Virus record (IMG/VR): IMGVR_UViG_2728369554_000009
Location: 1 to 40,186 of that record
From: a virus
Taxonomy: Duplodnaviria; Heunggongvirae; Uroviricota; Caudoviricetes
Direction: 5' to 3' (one strand)
Length of the DNA: 40,186 nucleotides
Positions within the stretch are counted from its first letter, which is position 1, and the number at the start of each line of letters is the position of its first letter. A model generated the notes under the pieces. It did not search any database, was not told the origin of the DNA, and saw only the letters and a list, made by a program, of their open reading frames with translations. Positions 36,601-40,186 of the stretch are shown here, in pieces. A program made the position numbers and the translations under genes.

Positions 36601-36801
36601 GATAATGAAGGGAGCATCATTGTTGATGAGGATGATAATCCAGTGATGGTAATGGAAGACATCATTGAGCGCGTTGAAATAACGCCAGCAGGATCTAGAT
36701 GGGGGGTCAGACCTGATCTCTTATTCTATATCGAGGCAGCATGGCAGCGCAGAGAAATGGATAAGATAAAAGAGCGGATTCAGTCTCTGGAAGAACGTTA
36801 A
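33682..36801 (+). CDS. tailspike: T7 gp17-like N-terminal adaptor, sialidase-like beta-propeller (endosialidase-like), C-terminal S74 intramolecular chaperone
   Basis: 'NEYTGNGVTTSFPYTFRIF' N-terminal motif. Asp-boxes 'SGDDGKTW' and 'SSDLGTSW'. C-terminal 'GVIAQQL..HGLMEEESTTCRYAFLCYDDYP' auto-chaperone. SD GGAG. Confidence 0.8.
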   Translation: MTVSTEVDHNEYTGNGVTTSFPYTFRIFRKSDLVVQVSDLNGNVTELVLDTGYTVTGAGTYSGGSVVLPSPLATGWRITIDRVLDVVQETDLRNQGKFFPEVHEDAFDYLTMLIQQCFGWFRRALMKPSLLAKYYDAKQNKISNLADPSFEQDAVNNRSMRNYVDAAIAGVVGGFGWFIQYGSGAVYRTFQDKMRDAISPKDFGAVGDGINDDSTAISACLEASSPGYKIDGLGLTFKVSTLPDVSRFKNARFLFERIPGQPLFYASEDFIQGELFKITDTPWYNAWTQDKTFVYDNVIYAPFMAGDRHGVNNLHVAWVRSGDDGKTWTTPEWLTDLHENYPTVNYHCMSMGVVRNRLFAVIETRTVSGNKLQVAELWDRPMSRSLRVYGGITKAANQQVAYIRITDHGLFAGDFVNFSNSGVTGVTGNMTVTTVIDKNTFTVTTQNTQDVDQNNEGRYWSFGTSFHSSPWRKTSLGTIPSFVDGSTPVTEIHSFATISDNSFAVGYHNGDIGPRELGILYFSDAFGSPGSFIRRRIPAEYEANASEPCVKYYDGILYLTTRGTLSTQPGSSLHRSSDLGTSWNSLRFPNNVHHSNLPFAKVGDELIIFGSERAFGEWEGGEPDNRYAGNYPRTFMTRVNVNEWSLDNVEWVNVTDQIYQGGIVNSAVGVGSVCIKDNWLYYIFGGEDFLNPWSIGDNNRKYPYVHDGHPADLYCFRVKIKQEEFVSRDFVYGATPNRTLPTFMSTSGVRTVPVPVDFTDDVAVQSLTVHAGTSGQVRAEVKLEGNYAIIAKKVPSDDVTAQRLIVSGGETTSSADGAMITLHGSGSSTPRRAVYNALEHLFENGDVKPYLDNVNALGGPGNRFSTVYLGSNPVVTSDGTLKTEPVSPDEALLDAWGDVRYIAYKWLNAVAIKGEEGARIHHGVIAQQLRDVLISHGLMEEESTTCRYAFLCYDDYPAVYDDVITGQREMPLTDNEGSIIVDEDDNPVMVMEDIIERVEITPAGSRWGVRPDLLFYIEAAWQRREMDKIKERIQSLEER

Positions 36802-36802
36802 A

Positions 36803-36835
36803 AAAAAGCCCGCAATATTTTGCGGGTATCAAAAA
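36803..36835. terminator. hairpin GCCCGCAA-tatt-TTGCGGGT flanked by A-runs
   Basis: The U-run falls only on the minus strand. For + strand tailspike readout it would be at best a weak terminator. Confidence 0.4.
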
Positions 36836-37107
36836 CGGAGTTTGTGAAAAGTTATCTTTGAATTCTATCATGAATCAGTACGTATTTTAAATACATGTTC
36901 AGGTTTATTACACCATAGCATTATTAAATACAAAATTAAGTCTATGGTTCCTGTACAACTGCCCCCACTCTGCTGGCTCGTTCTGTAAAATCATTAGTAC
37001 TTTTATTGAGATATATGATATGGAACAATAATGATTTATATATGGTTTACTATGCGGGTTTAGTCATCAATAATTGACTGGCTTATAGATAGTAAACAGG
37101 AGAAAGT

Positions 37108-37512
37108 ATGTCTGCTCAAGTAACAAGTGAGCAATTAAATCAGTTGCTTAGTTTTAGTTCTCTTGCTGCGGTTATTGCAGGTGCCCCTCCGGAGGTTGCT
37201 TTAGGGGCTTTGGCTGGGGCGGTAATTTTTGTTACCTCTGCAGTAGAGTACCCCATCCGTCGCCGGGTGCTCCTGTCGATGCTCAGCTTTCTTTGCGGCC
37301 TTCTCTTTTACAAACCAGCAGCATCAATTCTTATCGGCATAGCCAGCCTGATCCCTACCATCACGCAGGACTCTTTTGAAAAAGGGATTGTTTTCTCTGC
37401 AGGCGCATTCGTGTCAGCAATTGTCGCTGTGCGTATTGGTATATGGCTCTATCACCGTTCCGATAATCCACGCGAGTTAATTCTGGGGAGAAAAGACGAT
37501 GGTAACGCATGA
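37108..37512 (+). CDS. holin-like membrane protein
   Basis: 134 aa with multiple hydrophobic helices. SD AGGAG. AT-rich context. Confidence 0.55.
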   Translation: MSAQVTSEQLNQLLSFSSLAAVIAGAPPEVALGALAGAVIFVTSAVEYPIRRRVLLSMLSFLCGLLFYKPAASILIGIASLIPTITQDSFEKGIVFSAGAFVSAIVAVRIGIWLYHRSDNPRELILGRKDDGNA

Positions 37513-37807
37513 GTTTTTTTTGCTTATCACCAATGCAGTTATTTGCACTGGCATAGCAATTCGCGTTGTCACATTCCGGCGTAACGGCTCTCAACATCGA
37601 AGGTGGGGAGGATGGCTTGCTTATTTCCTGATTGTTGCTGCGGCCAGTATTCCTGTTCGAGTCGCCTATGCAATCTGGTTACGTACGCCAATGGCTGTGG
37701 ATTTATCTGAGGTCATTATCAACGCTGTCATGCTGGCTGCGGTTATTAAAACGCGCGGTAACGTCGTTCAAATTTTTAAAGTATCGAGGTCTAAACATGG
37801 AGATTAA
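37499..37807 (+). CDS. second small membrane protein (holin/antiholin-like)
   Basis: 102 aa with 2-3 TM segments. Overlaps its neighbours. Confidence 0.45.
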   Translation: MVTHEFFLLITNAVICTGIAIRVVTFRRNGSQHRRWGGWLAYFLIVAAASIPVRVAYAIWLRTPMAVDLSEVIINAVMLAAVIKTRGNVVQIFKVSRSKHGD

Positions 37808-38426
37808 ACAATTCCAGCGAGCTGCTGGTATCAGCGAGGCACTGGCCGCACGCTGGTTCTCGCATATAACTTCTGCGATGAAAGAGTTTGGTATCAGCAA
37901 AGCAGAAGATCAGGCAATGTTTATTGCTCAAGTCGGGCATGAGTCTGGGGGCTTCACCAGGTTGCAGGAGAATTTCAACTACAGTGTCAGCGGACTGGCT
38001 AACTTCGTTCGGGCTGGGCGTCTCACTCAGGGGCAGGCTAATGCACTGGGGCGCCGTGCTGGTGAACCACCATTGCCACTTGAGCGCCAGCGCGTGATCG
38101 CAAATCTGGTATACAGCAAACGCATGGGGAACAATGCCCCTGGTGATGGCTGGAATTACCGAGGGCGCGGACTTATCCAGATTACCGGTTTGAATAACTA
38201 TCGTGATTGCGGAAACGGTCTGAAGGTTGACCTGCTGGAGAGCCCTGAACTGCTGGCGCAGGACGAATATGCGGCTCGTAGCGCGGCGTGGTTCTTCGCC
38301 AGCAAAGGATGCATGAAGTATACCGGCGATATTGCACGTGTAACTCTGATTATCAATGGTGGCCGGAACGGCATCGACGACCGGCGAGCGCGGTACATCA
38401 CTGCCAGTAAGGTGCTGGCGGTATGA
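37797..38426 (+). CDS. endolysin, GH19 (chitinase class I-like) family
   Basis: '[24 protein letters not shown]'. SD GAGG 8 nt before ATG 37797. The ORF track's upstream in-frame extension was ignored. Confidence 0.8.
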   Translation: MEIKQFQRAAGISEALAARWFSHITSAMKEFGISKAEDQAMFIAQVGHESGGFTRLQENFNYSVSGLANFVRAGRLTQGQANALGRRAGEPPLPLERQRVIANLVYSKRMGNNAPGDGWNYRGRGLIQITGLNNYRDCGNGLKVDLLESPELLAQDEYAARSAAWFFASKGCMKYTGDIARVTLIINGGRNGIDDRRARYITASKVLAV

Positions 38427-38920
38427 TCTGGGCATTCGTAAAAGCATACTGGAAACAGTTGCTTATCGTGGCAGTGCTTGCTGTTCTGGTCATATCAGGA
38501 GTGGTTGCCTGGAATATACACGGCAGTCGCCAGTACGATGCCGGGTATGCTCAGGCGAAGGAAGATCAGAAACAGGCTGATGATAAGTTAAGGTCACAGC
38601 GTGAACAGGAGAAAACACAAATTGAACGTGAAGCACAATCCCGTATCGATGCGGCGCGTGCTGATGCTGAGTATGCTAATTCCGCTGCTGACAGCATGCG
38701 CGCCGAGCTTGACAAAACCAGGCGGCTCGCCGAACACTATACCGGATCTTTCCTCCCTGGCACGCCAGCCAGCAAGGTCATCGGTGTGCTCGCCGACATG
38801 CTTGAAGAAAGCAACCGAGTTTACAACGCAACAGCAGCTGAGGCTGAAAAGTATCGTATCGCAGGGGAATTCTGCGAGCAGCAATACGATTCACTGAAGA
38901 AGCAAAAATCGTGGCACTGA
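38423..38920 (+). CDS. i-spanin (Rz-like)
   Basis: N-terminal TM '[18 protein letters not shown]' and a coiled-coil periplasmic domain. Confidence 0.7.
   Translation: MIWAFVKAYWKQLLIVAVLAVLVISGVVAWNIHGSRQYDAGYAQAKEDQKQADDKLRSQREQEKTQIEREAQSRIDAARADAEYANSAADSMRAELDKTRRLAEHYTGSFLPGTPASKVIGVLADMLEESNRVYNATAAEAEKYRIAGEFCEQQYDSLKKQKSWH
38649..38897 (+). CDS. o-spanin (Rz1-like lipoprotein) embedded in +1 frame of Rz
   Basis: '[17 protein letters not shown]' is a lipobox. Pro-rich. Confidence 0.55.
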   Translation: MRRVLMLSMLIPLLTACAPSLTKPGGSPNTIPDLSSLARQPARSSVCSPTCLKKATEFTTQQQLRLKSIVSQGNSASSNTIH

Positions 38921-39046
38921 TTTCCGGTGACGGTATATAAAACGGTACGGGAAAAGTTGAGGTTTGTAAAAGTGTTATCACTCAATTGGTTATGGTTGTC
39001 GTAAATAATAGAGTGGGAATGATTTGACCCTGCACTATGAATGAAC

Positions 39047-39077
39047 AAAACCCTCTGTTACTACAGAGGGTTTTTTT
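39047..39077 (+). terminator. intrinsic terminator after lysis cassette
   Basis: CCCTCTG-ttacta-CAGAGGG followed by 7 T. Confidence 0.75.
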
Positions 39078-39115
39078 ATCCTAAAGAATTATAGGTTTGA
39101 AGTTACTAACATCGT

Positions 39116-39655
39116 TTAGTTAAACCAGCTATCTGATTTATTCTCTTCTGCTTTACCCACGCTTTTCATCAGATCGCGACCGCCTTCAGTCATATTTCTG
39201 TTTGCGTCAGCTTCAGATTGCACCACATCGGTTTGCGCAGCTTTGTGCTTCAGTTCCTGATCGATAAATTCGTTTTCGCGCTTGACGCGGGCTTCTTCTT
39301 TCGCCAGCGCCAGTTTTTGTTTCTGAATCTCTAAGCTACGTAGCTCATCTTCATAACTTTGATCGCGTTTTTTGTCCGCAGTGGCTTCGGCGTCCAGTTT
39401 ATCCTGACGAGCTTTCTTATTCGCTGCTGCCGTTGCCGCTCTTTTATTAGCCGCGGCCTGGGCGTTTGCGCGACGTTGCTTCTCTTGCTGGATTTCCCTG
39501 TTGCGCTCCGCGACCCATTCGTCATGCTGCCTTTGCTCTTCATTTTTACCTTGCTGTTCCGCTTCTGCGACAGCCGAGAGTTGATCCTGCAATGATGAGG
39601 CGATAGCCGGATAGCTTAAGGAGGCTAAGATGGCGCAAAGAAAAACTTTCTTCAT
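39116..39655 (-). CDS. secreted coiled-coil protein (Lys/Glu/Ala/Gln-rich), cargo or host gene
   Basis: 179 aa. Signal peptide 'MKKVFLCAILASLSYPAIASS'. Confidence 0.55.
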   Translation of the reverse strand: MKKVFLCAILASLSYPAIASSLQDQLSAVAEAEQQGKNEEQRQHDEWVAERNREIQQEKQRRANAQAAANKRAATAAANKKARQDKLDAEATADKKRDQSYEDELRSLEIQKQKLALAKEEARVKRENEFIDQELKHKAAQTDVVQSEADANRNMTEGGRDLMKSVGKAEENKSDSWFN

Positions 39656-39670
39656 GACTCCTCCTGATTA

Positions 39671-40186
39671 TTAGCTCTTTTCAGGACATTTGGTATTTGG
39701 CTGAATACGCGTTTCGTTATACGTCGTGGTAATAACAACGGCTAAACCTGTCGTAAACTGGCACTCTTTACCCACCTGGGTGGAGGTATACACTTTGGTG
39801 CCTTCCTTATATGTTAAAGAAACACCTTCCACTAAGGTTTTATCATTCACCATAGAACCCGCTGCCGCGCCTACAGCTCCGCCGCCAACTGCACCTGCCG
39901 TCGTTCCGGAATTGCTGCCAGACCCGACGTTGTGGCCGATAACACCGCCAGCGACAGCGCCAATAAGCGCGCCGAAGGCTTGTGCGTTCCGTTTATTTTG
40001 GGCGTTGTCTACGGCAACTTTTGCGGGAAGAATGGAAATAATATTAACGGTTTTAGTTTCTTGTTTGGTATTCAGTTGATCGGTTTGATAAACATCGGCG
40101 GCATGATCATCAGCATTTGACTGGCATCCTGCCAGAGTGAATGACGCTAACATTGCCACAGGCAGAAGACATTTTTTAAATTTCAT
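39671..40186 (-). CDS. lipoprotein with glycine-zipper (GxxxG repeats) domain, cargo or host gene
   Basis: 171 aa. Lipobox 'LAGC'. 'GALIGAVAGGVIG' glycine zipper. Start at the window edge. Confidence 0.6.
   Translation of the reverse strand: MKFKKCLLPVAMLASFTLAGCQSNADDHAADVYQTDQLNTKQETKTVNIISILPAKVAVDNAQNKRNAQAFGALIGAVAGGVIGHNVGSGSNSGTTAGAVGGGAVGAAAGSMVNDKTLVEGVSLTYKEGTKVYTSTQVGKECQFTTGLAVVITTTYNETRIQPNTKCPEKS

Noticed and set aside
36803-36835. Calling this a plus-strand terminator for the tailspike gene
   Set aside because: The U-run is on the minus strand only. Kept as a hairpin of uncertain function.

Overview
The window appears to be an almost complete temperate-phage genome (prophage) of about 39 kb, ending with two probable cargo or host envelope genes. 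A P4-type integrase sits at the left edge. Next comes a leftward early operon (AlpA-like excisionase, Bet-like annealase with a coupled PD-(D/E)XK exonuclease, MT-A70 adenine methyltransferase). An immunity region has a peptidase-less repressor and a divergent Cro-like gene. The replication module is lambda-like: an O-like initiator with internal iterons and a P-like helicase loader. The morphogenesis module is podovirus-like (T7 gp8-like portal, HK97-fold capsid, gp11/gp12-like tail tube proteins, internal core proteins including a lytic transglycosylase). The tailspike is sialidase-like with Asp-boxes and a C-terminal S74 chaperone. The lysis cassette is holin, GH19 endolysin and Rz/Rz1. The most striking feature is a 15-bp palindrome TTACC-N5-GGTAA, with 12 perfect copies and 3 degenerate ones, all intergenic and all at promoters. 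Three cluster between the repressor and cro, two flank the leftward early promoter (pL-like), and the rest sit at replication, late, tailspike and moron promoters. Between the internal-core genes and the tailspike lies an accessory island with three antirepressor-family genes. Two of these are inverted paralogues sharing a C-terminal domain and a conserved structured leader with an internal terminator. The island also holds an 85-aa stand-alone copy of that shared domain behind a perfect LexA box, a YafO-like toxin pair, and a membrane protein that may be a superinfection-exclusion candidate. Together these suggest an SOS-triggered antirepressor cascade against a globally acting repressor.
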